Origin: Camelus ferus
Taxonomy: Eukaryota
Direction: 5' to 3'
Length of the DNA: 64,000 bases
Assembly (NCBI RefSeq): GCF_009834535.1
Contig: NC_045697.1
Span: forward strand, 56,856,001-56,920,000
Position 1 is the stretch's first letter. Each line of letters opens with the position of its first letter. The position numbers were made by a program, and so were the translations under genes. Positions 51,335 through 64,000 of the stretch are shown here, one piece after another. The notes under the pieces were generated by a model that did not search any database, was not told the DNA's origin, and worked only from the letters and a program-made list of their open reading frames with translations.

Positions 51335-51792
51335 TGTGAAGTCTGCTATTATGGTCCTAATCCTGTCAAAACCCCATAAATAGCAAAATTAAAACTGGTA
51401 TATCAATAAAATACTACTCAGTAAGAGTTTATCGTGCATACGTAAACATTTTGTGAACTGGGCAGTCTCAAGGCAACAGTGGAATGCGGCTCAGAGGTAC
51501 ATTATTATAGGATAGTTTATAGAGAAAACTGCAGAGGCTATTTGTTCTTTCCAATGATGGGTTGTAGCATTCCAGTTTTCTTAGTGATCGGGATTGGTTA
51601 AAAGATCATGCTGATCTGCTGGAAAAGCTTAAATTAATTGTATTATTTTCAGAAGGCATTTACAAGAAATAACCTAAGTTTCACTTACGTTCATGAAATA
51701 AGCTAAATTTAGTTTTGCCTAAGCGGATGAACTGGTTTTGCCTGCTCAGAAAATTTTCAAGCCTGGTCTTCGTTTTGCATTTAATTTTAACA
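51335..51792 (-). mobile_element. ERV1-class solo LTR (MER4-group-like)
   Basis: Minus strand starts TGTTAAAATTAAATG..ACCAGGCTTGAAAATTTTCTGAGCAGGCAAAACCAGT and carries a CCAATC box; the left boundary is uncertain. Confidence 0.7.
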
Positions 51793-52079
51793 AAGTACTG
51801 ATGCTTATCTTACTTTCCTGATGTATGTTTTACTTTTCCTTGCTCTGAATGCTAGTCTTCTGCATTTGATCCTGGATGCCTCCTGGCTCCTTTCCCCCCA
51901 TGCTCCATGGTCTCAAACTACTTTAATTTTGAGTTGGAACTTTATCTCATTTATCTTTTGATCACCACAATAAATGGTACTGCCACCTGTCTTACTTCCA
52001 GTATTGCCTGCTAGCCATAAGGTCCGTTATTCTCTACTGTGTTAAATCTATTGGATATAAATCAAGCACACACACACAA

Positions 52080-52165
52080 AAATAATCAAAAATACAAAAT
52101 CAAAAGGTGACAAAATGGAATTAAATAATCAAAAGGACAAAATCAAAAGGTGACAAAATGGAATT
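52080..52165. repeat. Tandem duplication, 2 x 43 bp
   Basis: aaataatcaaaa(at/gg)acaaaatcaaaaggtgacaaaatggaatt occurs twice with 2 mismatches. Confidence 0.95.
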
Positions 52166-53249
52166 AAGAAAGGCCACCCCAAGAGTTGGTTCAGTTCCTA
52201 CAACCTTAATTCTTTCTATTTCTGAATTTCTTTTCTTCTTTGTTGTATAAATGAGAAGTCCCAGAATGCTTTAGCCAAGTACTGGTTAGACTTCTTTTTA
52301 GTATATTTATACTTGAGAATATTAATTCCAGAGCCCCTATCCATAGTCCTAATATTCTCTCAGTGACTTTCCAATATGTAACACAAAGTTTTCTTATTAT
52401 TTCTCTTTATATTTTTTACATAGCCCACCTGGAGTATGATACAACTCTTATGGTAAGTCTGCTACATCTATCAACTTTGACATGTTAACTTGAGTTGTTT
52501 TTCTTAAACAAATAATAGAAATGGTTTATGGATAAAAATCTATTTTTCAACATTTAAAAATGTGTCCCATACATATTTTATTTGTTCTCACAACTATTAA
52601 CAGAAAAAAAAAGAAGCAGGTATAAAATGAGATGATTTTGGAATTTTATTTTACATTAATAGATGAGAAAATAACCCTGCAAGCTTTCATCCATTCACTT
52701 AAGTATGCTTTTGAAACACATTTATTTAGGGCCTGTTATTTGGTAATGTGGATAAGGAATAAAATAAATCCAGAACCCCAGTGATCCAATATTTAATCTA
52801 GATCTCTAACCACAAAACATCTACTGCTATATTTGTAGCCATATTGGTATTAATCTTTTGTCCAAAGGCTCTCTTGTGATTCAGTTCTGATATAAATAAA
52901 TATTCATCATTTGGCCACTATATATGGCCTGAGGTTGTTCTAGACTACACATATCAATACACAAATGTCATGCAACCTTGAAAATGTGAAAAATAAAGTG
53001 TATGCTTGATTCATTCTCAAGAACATCAAGCACCATCAGATTTTTGTTTTGTCTGTTGGGCATATTTCACTAATAGATATATTTCTTATAAATATATTTT
53101 TATTGTTCATATTTCAAAAAGAGAACATTTTAAAAAGTTTTCATTTATAGATTCACTTTAACCTTGACAGATAATTTTCAACTGTGTCTAGGCAAGTAAC
53201 CTTAGGATACAGATAATTATTACATGGACTATATATAAAAAATAAATAT

Positions 53250-53690
53250 TTTTCTTCCAGCTTTATTGAGATATGGTTGACATGCAGCACTGTATAAATT
53301 TAAGGTATACAGCATAGTGATTTGATTGACATACATCATGAAATGATTACCACAATAAGTTTAGTGAGAATCCATCATCTCATATAGATCCAATATGAAA
53401 GAAAAAGAAAGAGAAATATTGTTTTCCTTGTAATGAAATCCCTAAGGATTTACTTTCTTAACAAATTTCATATATAACATATAGCAGTATTTATCATGTT
53501 GCACATTACATCCTTAGTACTTATTTGTCTTATAATTGGAAGTTTGACCTTTTGACCACGTCCATCCAATTTCCTATACTCCCACCCCCACACTCCACCT
53601 CTGCTAACAAATCTGATTTCTTTTCCCATTACTTTGTTTGTTTTTGAAGTGAGATTGGCCTACAACACTATGTTATGTTGTGTTCATATA
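53250..53690 (-). mobile_element. 5'-truncated L1 3' end (L1MA9-like)
   Basis: ttccagctttattgagatat..aaatgattaccacaataagtttagt..aggatttactttcttaacaaatttca..ttggaagtttgaccttttgacc. Confidence 0.85.
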
Positions 53691-54830
53691 TCTAATATGA
53701 GAAAGTGACAAAGGTGTTTACAATAAAACATGTTTATGCACCAGCCAAATATATTTATTTACATATATATTTTTTAATATGGATCTTTAATAGAAAAGGA
53801 CTAAATATAAAAAATGACTAGGTATCAGCTAATTGATTTTCCATATACTTACTCAACAAGTATTTTTATGAAGTACATAAAGTGTCCTTTATAAATTAAA
53901 TCAGCAAATACTTACTGTATATTGTAACAGCAATTTTCTATCAATACTTCATCAATAGTTTTCAAGATAATATTTTAGATTAAAATACTCTATTTCATTC
54001 TATTAAATGAAAGATAACAGAATATTTCTGCATTATAACATTTCTAAATGAATCTTACATAAGTCAATTTTATTAACCTGCTCTTAGGTCTCTGAATTAA
54101 AATGGGAAGTATATAATATCAGCATCATTTTCTCTAAGTTGTAAAAATTATGGTGTTTCTAATGCATACTAGATATGTGCTAAATCCCTTTCTCTTTTGT
54201 TATAAGAGAGTGTTCTGTAGCACTAGGGAGGCTACTTTCATTACATGCTAATTGAAAACAAAATAGTGGGAAAATGTTAGTAAGATGATGAAAAGAAGCC
54301 TATTTATCCCACCTAAACTTAGGTGTCACTTATTCATTCCTGTTAGATGGAAAAATAACAAGACTGCCCAATTAATTACTCACATAGATTGCAATTTTGC
54401 AGCTATCTCCTGGCAAATATGAGAAATCCATTAAGCAATGAAAATGGAATGAATCATGAGTTCCCCTGCCCCTTACACACAACTTTAATTTTTATCTGAT
54501 ATGGGTAGGGAGTTTTGTATAGATTGGAAGATGAAGAAGCTATTTATTTAGACAGACTTCATTCATTAAATAGTTCCACTTGTCTCTGCTATTATGAAAT
54601 CAAACTACTCTGTATAAAATCTTGTTTAGTTTTCAAGATGACAAGATTGCTATCCCTAAAAACTGGCTAGAATGCTGTGATACGTTTATAACTCCCTTTT
54701 TTTCAGTATAATTGAGAAAATATTATTTATAAAGCAGAGGGAGCCATATTACTTCATATATTTAATCATATTGAAAAAGATCTGGTGAAAATTATAGTAA
54801 TATTTCCATTTCAATAAACATCTGTGTCAG

Positions 54831-54913
54831 TAAAATAGCAAACTGTTTAGTTTAAAAAACTACTATCAATTTAAAATAGCAAACTGTTTAGTTAAAAAAA
54901 ACTACTATCAATT
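54831..54913. repeat. Tandem duplication, 41 + 42 bp
   Basis: taaaatagcaaactgtttagtt(t/a)aaaaaa(a)ctactatcaatt occurs twice. Confidence 0.95.
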
Positions 54914-55954
54914 TTAGTTTTGTGCAAAATGTACTATTTGTATGGACATAGTTATTTTAGGTTGACTGTCTTCTAAACTCTTGCATATTTTTTTCTTTAT
55001 CATTGGGATAGCCTGATCAAATGTCTCCCATTCAAATCTGTAAAGGATTCTGTGCCTGACTGTGATTATAATTTCAATATTCTGTCAAAATTATTAAATG
55101 ACATACATATGACTAGTTCTAAGTTTATTACAAAAAAAAATCACTGGATTTAGAAAGGAGACAAGCAGGAAAATACCAACTCATTCCATTATATTAAAGG
55201 TAATATTACTAACTCAAGCAAACTGTATCAATAACCAAGTTGAGAGGATAATAGATAAATATTTTTTGTCATGAGATAAAACTTAAAATAGTACTAAAAT
55301 ACTATCTTTATAATTACATAAAGTCTACTAACATTAAGTCTACAAATAGATATTTTGAGGTTTCCATTAGGATACATTCCCACAAATCAGGCCTCTAAAT
55401 TCTGAACAGAGTTTTGAAATTTAACAGTAAGAAAGAGAAAAAAAAAAAAGTAAAGTCAGTTGCCATTCATTTCATCCTATATCTTGGAAAAACTGATTTA
55501 TTGTGCCAAAGCTGGAAGAAAAAGTGTCTGAGCTCTACTTAATACTATTAACACCTGGAGATTCTCTGAGAAAGTCATCACCTAGTACCCCTGACTTGTT
55601 CAGTCCGCTATCTATCCATGAAGATTTCAGTGGGATTCCCCTTACTGTACCGCCCTCTGCCCATACCAGTCCCACCAACTCTCTTGCTATTTCTATGCTA
55701 CCTTTAAGCTTCAAATAATTTTTCTCCTGGTCCAGAACTGGTAAGCCTGTGAGGCTGAGATCTCCCTTCATAAATGCATAGTAAATCAACTTTTATCTGG
55801 AATCCTGCTTTATCCTTGAGCTTTATCCTGTAATTGGGATAATATCCTCTGTTTCAAACTGCACAAGTGTTTCTAGAAGTTTTCATTACTCTTTGGTGTT
55901 TGGACTGTGGAGCAGCATACAGGTTTCTTTGACACCACAATATAACTCTCATCT

Positions 55955-57400
55955 TTCCATTCATGCATCTGTCTAGCCATCATTTTAACAATATTTTTTG
56001 AACATCTGCTGAATGTTAGGTAATGTTCCTGGTTAATGGACTACATCATTACACAAAACAGATACCATCCTGGGTCTCACATTCAGGTGGGGTAAAAAAG
56101 AAACAAACATGTATGCTGTGTAGTTATGTGATACCTGGTAACAGGGATATGGCACCTTGAGTACGTCTATTTTACAGAAGGTAAACAAGCAGAGGCCTTT
56201 CTGGCAAAGTCACCATAGAGCAGATAAGAGACAGAAGTGCCACAACGTGCATCTTCCACATGGAGCCATGGAGACGGTTTCAGGGAGAGGAGAGAGCAAG
56301 TGCAGAGGACACAAAATAGGAACATTCTTGGTGTATTCGCTACCCAGAAAGGAAATAAATATTACTGGAAGAGAATAAACTACAAGAAAAAAGGTTGAAA
56401 ATGAAGTCAGAGAATCACGTATGTGGTGGGGAGAAGATCACATGTAGCTTTGTAGACCATTTGTAAAGCCGTTGACTTACTCTCTGAATAAGACAAGACA
56501 CCACTGCAACACTTTATGAAGGCTGTTGATATGATCTCATTTTGTTTAAAAAAGTCTCTGGCTGTTATATGGAGACTGCATATTGGAAGCAGAGAATGGT
56601 TAAGAAAACATTGCAATAATTTGGGTGACATACTCCCTTAGATGTACTAGAGACGAGGGTGTGATTTGATTGTCTCTGTGTGTGTAAATTTTAAAGGAAA
56701 AACTTATTGGATATTAACATGATTTGGATTTGGAGTGAAAGAAAAGGAGAGGAGTTAAAGATTGCTCCACTTGGGACCTAATGAAAGGTGTCTTTGAACC
56801 AATAGGCATTAACATCTGATTAAAGTGAGTTCAGGAAATAATTGGAGGTGAAGAAATGGAGCCAGTGAGTAAGACAATATTTACTTGGGTGCAGTTTTGG
56901 TTTCAAGAGAGAAGGAAAAATGAGATAGTTACTGGGGAAATAGGTAAAAATGGATTTTATTTTGTAAACAAGAGCTGTCATAAAATCTTTTGCTATTATA
57001 TCTATAACATTTGTTTGTTTTATCAGAATGATACACTAGAGAAAAAAAAATGGTGGATAAGGAAGGATATACTACCTGAGCGATGTTTTTGTTAAGCAAG
57101 AAGGGATGAGATCTAGTTTACAAAGGAGGTTGGCCTTAGAAAGGAATATAGGAGTTTAGCATCCTAACAGTAGTTAAAGCAATTTACAAGGAAGCAAATT
57201 TATTTATTTATGGGTAGAAGCAACATGTGGAATATCTTTTGATTGCTTCTGTTTTCACTGGGAAATGGTAACATGTTTATCTATTGATAACTTGGGGATG
57301 GAAGAAGAGATTCTGGAGTCCTGACAAGATGAAGAATTTGGAAAAAGGCATCTAGGAACCCAGGAGAGTGAAGTAAGAAAATGTAGTAGGCAAGTTGGAA
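55955..57400 (-). mobile_element. L2 LINE, ~1.4 kb
   Basis: caatattttttgaacatctg..agcaagtgcagaggac..gtagaccatttgtaaag..tctctggctgttatatggaga..gaggagttaaagattgctcc. Confidence 0.85.
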
Positions 57401-57513
57401 AACACTTAAAACTTATGAGACATCAGTAGTCCTGAATGTAAAGCAAGTACAACCAGTGGGGTTTTATGGGTTTTTCAAACATATATCTTTAAAATTTTGA
57501 TCACTTACTACAA

Positions 57514-57680
57514 TGTGTCAAGGGATTTCCCCCAACAACACCAAGCAATTCTCCCACACCAGCTGGATGTCCTACAATTTAACTCAATTCTGAGATAGCA
57601 TCAGAGGTAGTATAAGATTCCACACCTTAAGGTCCTAATAAGACTGCCACCCAACACACAGACAGACAGACAGACACATA

Positions 57681-57727
<47 letters not shown>

Positions 57728-57970
57728 CAGAGCATAGTCACAGGTCCAGGTTGTTACCTGTACTTCTTTCCTACCGTCTATAGATGAGAGGTCCCAGTGA
57801 CCCTTCCTTGGGTTCAATTAACTTGCTTCAGCAACTCATAGAACTCAGAAAAATATTCTACTCTACTCTACTAGATCACTGGCTTACTATAAAAGCATAT
57901 AACTCAGGAATAGCCTGATGGAAGAGAAGCTTAGGGAAAAAAATGAGGAAATGGTGTGGTGCAACCATGA
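57514..57970 (-). mobile_element. MER21-like LTR fragment
   Basis: caccaagcaattctc..caccagctggatgtcctacaatttaactcaattctga..ttgggttcaattaacttgct..actcatagaactcaga..aactcaggaatagcc. Confidence 0.75.
57654..57725. repeat. Compound (CAGA)n-(AC)22 microsatellite
   Basis: Read directly; the pure AC tract is 57682-57725. Confidence 0.97.
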
Positions 57971-59559
57971 GATTATTTTTTTTCCTGAAGATAGAATTTC
58001 TCTTTCCCTAAATTCGGATCAGTAATTGCTCAACTGTCCCTTACATTTCATGCAATAGTCCAGTCTCCAACCATAAATCTTCCTTTTTTCCCTTTTAATT
58101 TGTTTTTTTGTTTCTTTGTTGGTTTTGTTTTGTCTTTCACAGTTAAAGTTGGTTTCAATCATTTGCAGTTGAATTGGTACTTATCAATACAAAATGTGAT
58201 ATTTTTTACTGGGATGAAATAATTTGTGAAAATAGTATACTTTGAGCCACAGGAATTATATCACCTAATTTCAATTTTTACCTTTCCATATGCATGTGCC
58301 ATTTATCTCAAAATAATAATTCAAAATGAGAAAATTATAATTGAAAACAGTGGAATGCATGCAAGTAATCAAAGCAAAATAACCTATCCAAAGAAAAGAC
58401 TTGATTCTGATATGTCTTGATTATTTTTATGATAGCAAAGTGACAGAAACAAAAATGTTGAAAAGTTGAATTTACATATAACACATTATGGGGTCTTAGT
58501 TTCTTTTAGGGTTAAATGTATATTAATTAATAATATGCTTATAATATTACCTCTGGTTAATCATCTTGAGTCATTATATAATCATATTGCTATAATAAAT
58601 ATCAACTCCTACTTATCTTGTATTTCCAATTTTGACAGTAGTATTCATATTTAATTTATCTTTTGTTTTGTTTTTAATAGGAAAAATTCAAGTTGTCCAG
58701 CCCCATAGCCTTATAATATCACCTCACTGGCTGCAGTGTCTCTCTGTTTCATATTTGCTTTCACAGAATAACCAAATTTTTGTCTTATGATTAATCATCT
58801 AGTGAGGGTCTCAGTTTCAGTTCCAAGTGGCTTAACAAAAATATTTCTTCACAGTACATGTGATACTCTCATCAAGAGGAATTCTAATGAATAAAAATAT
58901 CCTTGTCCCATTAAAGTACTAAACAACAGCATATGCAAGACCCATTCTGAGCATAATGGGGTATGGAAGTCATTACCAGTAAGGGTTCTTACTTACAAGC
59001 AACAGAATTCAGTATCTTGTCTAGTAATATTTTGTCTGGCAATAAATGGAAATAGAAAAGACATTCCCCTTTCAGATTGCCATGTCCAAGGGGCATAATG
59101 AGAATTCCCAAATGTGTAAGAAGATTCAAATGTTCTGCAGGCAAGAAATGACAAATGATGTATTTATTACACAAATTAAAAATATGGATAAAGAGTAATA
59201 ATGAAGAATAAAAGAAGAAGCAGGAAGAAGTAAAAAATTATGGTATTTTAACTCAAGTATTTTTAATTAAGCTTGTTTAGAACCCATCAGATTTATTCTA
59301 ATTAAATAACACACTATATCAATATTGAGATGCACTTTAATTAATAAAGAGTACAGCAACTAAAAATAGCAATATTAGTATTTAGGGGTGTGAATGAAAA
59401 TAGTTACATGCACTACTCAAAGGCACAGGTTAGTAAAATCCACATTGGAAAGTTACTTGACATTGGATAGAAAAAATATTTAAATCTACACATTTTCATA
59501 CACATTTCATGTTCAGGAACTTATAAATAACAGCGTAGAAAAAGACACAACATTTACCT

Positions 59560-60335
59560 ATAAATATGACCTCTACATGGTTCTTGCTCTATTCCTAACC
59601 TATCTGCTTCTGCAGTCTTAGTTGTTTATAACCAGCCTACCCGAAATTCGTGTTTGATCTTGCTCCAAAATTTAATCTGCGGATCACAGGAGCCCCACTG
59701 CTGCCTCCCCAGTAAAAGTTCATCAACTTTGGCCTAGAACATTAAAGCAACCTCCTAACTGGTCTCACTGTTTCTGTATTTGCCCACTCCTTAACCTCAA
59801 CAAAGTAGTCAAAGTGACACTGTTAATTCAGATCATGCCACTTCTCTGCTCAGAATCCCCCAAAGACTTAATTATTTCCCAGTAAAATCTTCACTATAAC
59901 CCCTAAAATCCAGCCTGACCTGACCCTCTGGTACCATCTGATGTCATCCCATGCTCTCCAATGCCTTCTCCCATCCAGCAGTCCGGCTTCTTACCCATGG
60001 CATGCCGCCACTTTGGGACTTTGTATTTGTTGTTCTCTCTTTCTGACATATCCTTCCAGATATTTATATGACTTGTGTCTGATTCATGTCTTTATCAAAA
60101 CATTTTCTCAGAGAAAGTTTTTCTGGCCATGCTAATATTTCACATAGCAAACCCTGATAATCTGTACCCATCCTTCCCACTTCATGTGGTTTTGCCCTCA
60201 ACATTTATCACATTAAAAAATACCATAAATTTACTAATCTGTGTTATTTAGTATTGGCTTTCACCAAGTAGATTGCAAATTCTGTGCAAAAATTTTTCCC
60301 ACTTTTTTCACTATCATATCCTAATAATTGAGCAT
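59560..60335 (+). mobile_element. L2 3' region
   Basis: gcaacctcctaactggtctc..tcagatcatgccacttctctgctcagaatcccccaa..gtagattgcaaattctgtg. Confidence 0.8.
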
Positions 60336-60344
60336 AAGAGAGGA

Positions 60345-63300
60345 GAGATGGAAACAACTTAAATATTTAAAAGATAGATGATTGGTTAAATTGGTTTTGA
60401 TATATAATACCATAGTGTCACTGAATTTTTGTTGTAGAAGAACTTTTATTAACTTGAGAAATAGCCTAAGAAATCCATTTATGTTGTCTATGATATAATT
60501 TTTATAGCTTAATAAAGCATAAACAAAACAGTTGTTTATACTAAGATGTTATCAGTTATTGTTTCTTGAAGTTGTATTTAAAAGTGTTTTTTGTACTTTT
60601 AATATACCACAAACTTGCTAAAATTAACCTGAACTATAACTGTAGATTAAAAATTCACATTATTTTAAAAAATTTAATCCGAAAGTGAATTTTTGAAGAG
60701 AAAATGACCAAGACTTATACATAATTGAAATGACACCAATTCTCACACTCTGTAAACCTAGTGACTTCCAAAGATGATAAACAAAAAAAATAAATCCACA
60801 GCCAATATATTTCAGTGAAACTTCAGAACCAAAGATAGAGAATCTTCAGAGCATCTTAAAAGGAAAAAAGAAAAGGGGGAAGAGATAGACAGATTACCTA
60901 GAGAAAAATGACTGCCAACTAATATCTTAGCAGAAACAATGGTAGCATAAACAACAAAATAATACCTTTAAATAACTGAATATTGATTGCATACCAAATT
61001 AAACTCTCTCTTAAGAAGAAAAGGGGAAAAATGTTTCCAAGTATACGGTATTATACAGGGTTAGTCCCAGCACAACATCTCTGCAGAAAACTGACAGATA
61101 AATTCAAGGAAAGAAAACTCATCTAAGAAATTGGAGAAAAAAGGTGATCAAAAGAAACTGTAAATATTTGGAAATTCCAGACAATTATTATCTACAGCAA
61201 TACTGCATAATAAGATCAAGTATGTAGGATAAATAAATCAATATGAAATAAGAATACTGAATAACAGTAGCATAAATGTTAAGAAATTAATTATGCAAAA
61301 TAATATAAAGTTCATTATATGGCTGCAGAACTGAGAAAAATCTATCAAATAGTATTCACATTTTTAAGTTGAATGTAAGCTGCTAAAATTTTAAGATAAA
61401 CCACTAATGGATATAAATATGTGTAAAATTCCCCCCAAAAAAAGAATAAGAAAAAGAAAATAGTGCAACAAAAAGGAAAACAAAGAATAAAAAATACAAA
61501 ATAAGTCAAGAAAGTGGTTAAAGACAGATTAGGGAGGAAACATATAAAAATGATAGAAATAAATTCATATTCATCATATTGGTATATGAGAAATATGTGA
61601 TAAATATAAATGGTCCTTATACTCCAATTTAAGAAAACTATTATCAAAGTTGATTTTAAAAATCAGATTTGAGATTTCTTGTTCAAAATAAGATACTACG
61701 GCCTATGGCAGACTAATCCTTACTTATACTGAGAACAATCAGTAAAAAGATTTAAAACATAAAAATTATCTTCTCAGTCCAGGCAGAGGGCTGCTACTGG
61801 TGGAAAAAAGAAATCAACAGAACATTTTGGTGACTGCATGTAACTGCAGTGACAAATTTGGCCAATTGAGAGTACTCAGACTCTCAGTCCTGAACAACCA
61901 ATGTGTCAAAGAAGACATCAAAAGAAATGCTGAAGAGTGTTTTGAGACAAACAAAAGTGGAATGCAATAAACCAAAACTTATAGGATGCAGGAACAGCCG
62001 TTATAAGAGTGGAGTTTATAGCAATAAATGTGTACACTAAGGAGAAAAAAAGATTTATAATAAACAACCTAAATTTACACCTCAGAGAACTAGAAAAAGA
62101 AGAATCTAAGTCCAAAGTTAGTAGAATGAAGAAAATAATAAAGCTGAGCAGAGACAAATGAAATAGAGACTAGAAAGGCAATAGAAAAAAATCAATAGAG
62201 TTTGTTTTTTTAAAAGGATAAACATAATTGACAAGATTTTAGCCAGGCTAAGAGAAAAAAAAAATGAGCGAACACTGAAATAAATAAAATAAGAAATGAA
62301 AGAGGAGATATTACAACTGATACAGTTTTAGTGCAAAGAATCTTAAGATACTACTATGAACAACTATACACAAATTAACCTAGAAGAATGAAATTCCTAG
62401 AAACATAACCAATAGAAAATCTGAACAGACAAGTAAAGAGATTTAAGAAGCACTAAAAATTTTCCAACAAAGAAAAGTCCAGCTTCACTGGTGAATTCTG
62501 CCAAACTTAAAAATAAATAGTTAATGTCAGTCTTTATTAAACTGTTCCAAAGAATTGATTAGGAAGGAACATTCCCCAGCTTATTTTACAAGGCCAGCAT
62601 TACCCTGATATCAAAGCCAAATAAGGATAGTACAAGAAAAGAAAACTACAGGCCTAATGAATATAGTTGCAAACAAAATCTTAAACTGATTGTATCAAGA
62701 AAGGAAAAGCATGTCATCAAATAAATCTATGAAAACATGCTTGACCTCATGAATAATCTGGAAAATGGAAATTAAGATCACAGTGAAAAAAAGTTTTACA
62801 CATATTGATTTGGAAAAAATGAAGTATATGACAATATCAAATGCAGAAAAAAATTTATACACTCCTACTGCAAATTTTATACACTTCTACTGCACATTTA
62901 AATTTATGCAGCAATATTAGAAAACAGTTTTTATTTTCGAGTACAATTGAACATGTCTTCATTTATGGCACAGCCATTATACTTCTGGGTGTACAACATA
63001 GCAAAATATTTTCATGTGTGTTCTAGGAGTCATGTACATATATTTTTGTTGCAGAATTGTTTGTAAAGGGAAAAAAATGCAACAAAACCTGACAAACTTA
63101 TAGTAAAATATTGTGTCCAATCACAGTTAAATAAATGTTACTATATGACAAAAAATGGAATGGTATCTGACCATGTCAAGTATAATAACTGGTGACCATT
63201 TTCTTCTTTTGAAATCATGTTCACTGCATGCATGAATATATCTAAATCTCAAAAACAGAATGTTTGGGAGAACATGCAATCATAGAAGAATAAGCACTGC

Positions 63301-63540
63301 TTATATAAGTATCAAAAAGTGGTTCCCAAAATCCTTCACAATACTTTAGTTTTTAGAAATAAATAATCTAAAATTAAGGGAAAGGTTTAACTTAAGGAGA
63401 GACCAAGATACTTTTCTGAAGAGGCACAAAGAGAACTTTAAATATTATTTTTTAATGCTATGTCAAGATGTTTGAGTTTTTGTTTTATTAATAAACCTTA
63501 AAGCTATGTTATCTGCAGTATATTGTACAGTACATTTCAG
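60345..63540 (+). mobile_element. Mosaic of old L1 fragments (3' UTR, ORF1/inter-ORF-like, ORF2 end, 3' UTR)
   Basis: A-rich L1 motifs: cagtgaaacttcagaacc, gaaacaatggtagc, aaaattttaagataaaccacta, gaaaacatgcttgacctcatgaataatctggaaaatggaaattaagatcacagtga. Confidence 0.7.
61888..62685 (+). mobile_element. L1 ORF2 fragment (end of endonuclease to start of RT), decayed
   Basis: Reads as LNNQCVKEDIK..INNLNLHLRELEKEE..NERGDITTDT..YYEQLY..ASITLISKPNKDSTRKENYRP, with frameshifts. Confidence 0.95.
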
Positions 63541-64000
63541 AAATAAAATGATTGAAATTCACATGTACAATCACATGTTTAAATATGTATAGTTCCCTTT
63601 ATGTAGACACACTACTCAATTACAGCTATATAAACATGAACAAAGATTGGAGCTTGTTAGGGTTAAATCTCTAACCTACATTTCCCATCATAGGGAAACC
63701 TCCATTTTGCTTATATATATTTTCACTTCACTTCTGATTTTCTACTGAACAAAGTTTTGGGTTTTTTACCAGACAGCCATTAAAATTCAGCCATTAAAAT
63801 TTCCTCAGAAGACTTGGGATCTAACTCAGTGTGTTCTCTTTCTAATTTTGTCAATTTGCTTAATGATCCTGTTTTGCCGTATCCAATTCTATTTCATGAA
63901 GATAAACCTATTAGGCATGATTGTTTTGAGGAGGAACTAAGATTATTGGAAAGTACAGTAATGGCATTACAAAAGTGTGGTAATTTATTTGCTGTTTGTT

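Noticed and set aside
52080..54913. Short direct repeats as a possible CRISPR-like array
   Set aside because: They are adjacent two-copy duplications without spacers, in eukaryotic DNA with no cas genes.
55503..55789. Overlapping opposite-strand ORFs and a strong plus-strand donor at 55741
   Set aside because: No recognisable family and no convincing matching acceptor; probably a GC-richer ancient repeat remnant.
1..64000. A novel multi-gene system, retrocopy, numt, tRNA/snRNA gene or CpG-island promoter
   Set aside because: I saw no long ORF, CpG island, Pol III A/B-box gene or mitochondrial/viral coding sequence. Very short or diverged elements could be missed without alignment tools.

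Overview
AT-rich, CpG-depleted mammalian genomic DNA that looks like a gene desert or a very large intron. I recognise no protein-coding gene, RNA gene, CRISPR array or prokaryotic system. The supplied ORFs are short and chance-like, or are decayed L1/LTR sequence. Much of the window is a layered record of placental-mammal repeats: L2, MIR, old L1M, ERVL and ERV1 solo LTRs, MER20, a hAT-Charlie-type element, and several younger 5'-truncated L1 3' ends with target-site duplications (TSDs). The style of the young L1 ends, together with the absence of Alu, B1/B2, Bov-A/BovB, PRE-1 and Can-SINE, points to a laurasiatherian, probably a camelid (inference). The best leads are two repeat-free islands with developmental transcription-factor motifs (24.3-25.0 kb and 30.1-30.9 kb), a consensus CTCF site, several well-formed splice-site pairs, three L1 insertions truncated at nearly the same point, a MER41-like LTR with STAT-like sites, and perfect hairpins inside old LTRs. 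I found nothing I can defend as a new biological system. Subfamily names come from remembered consensus features, and boundaries of old repeats are approximate.
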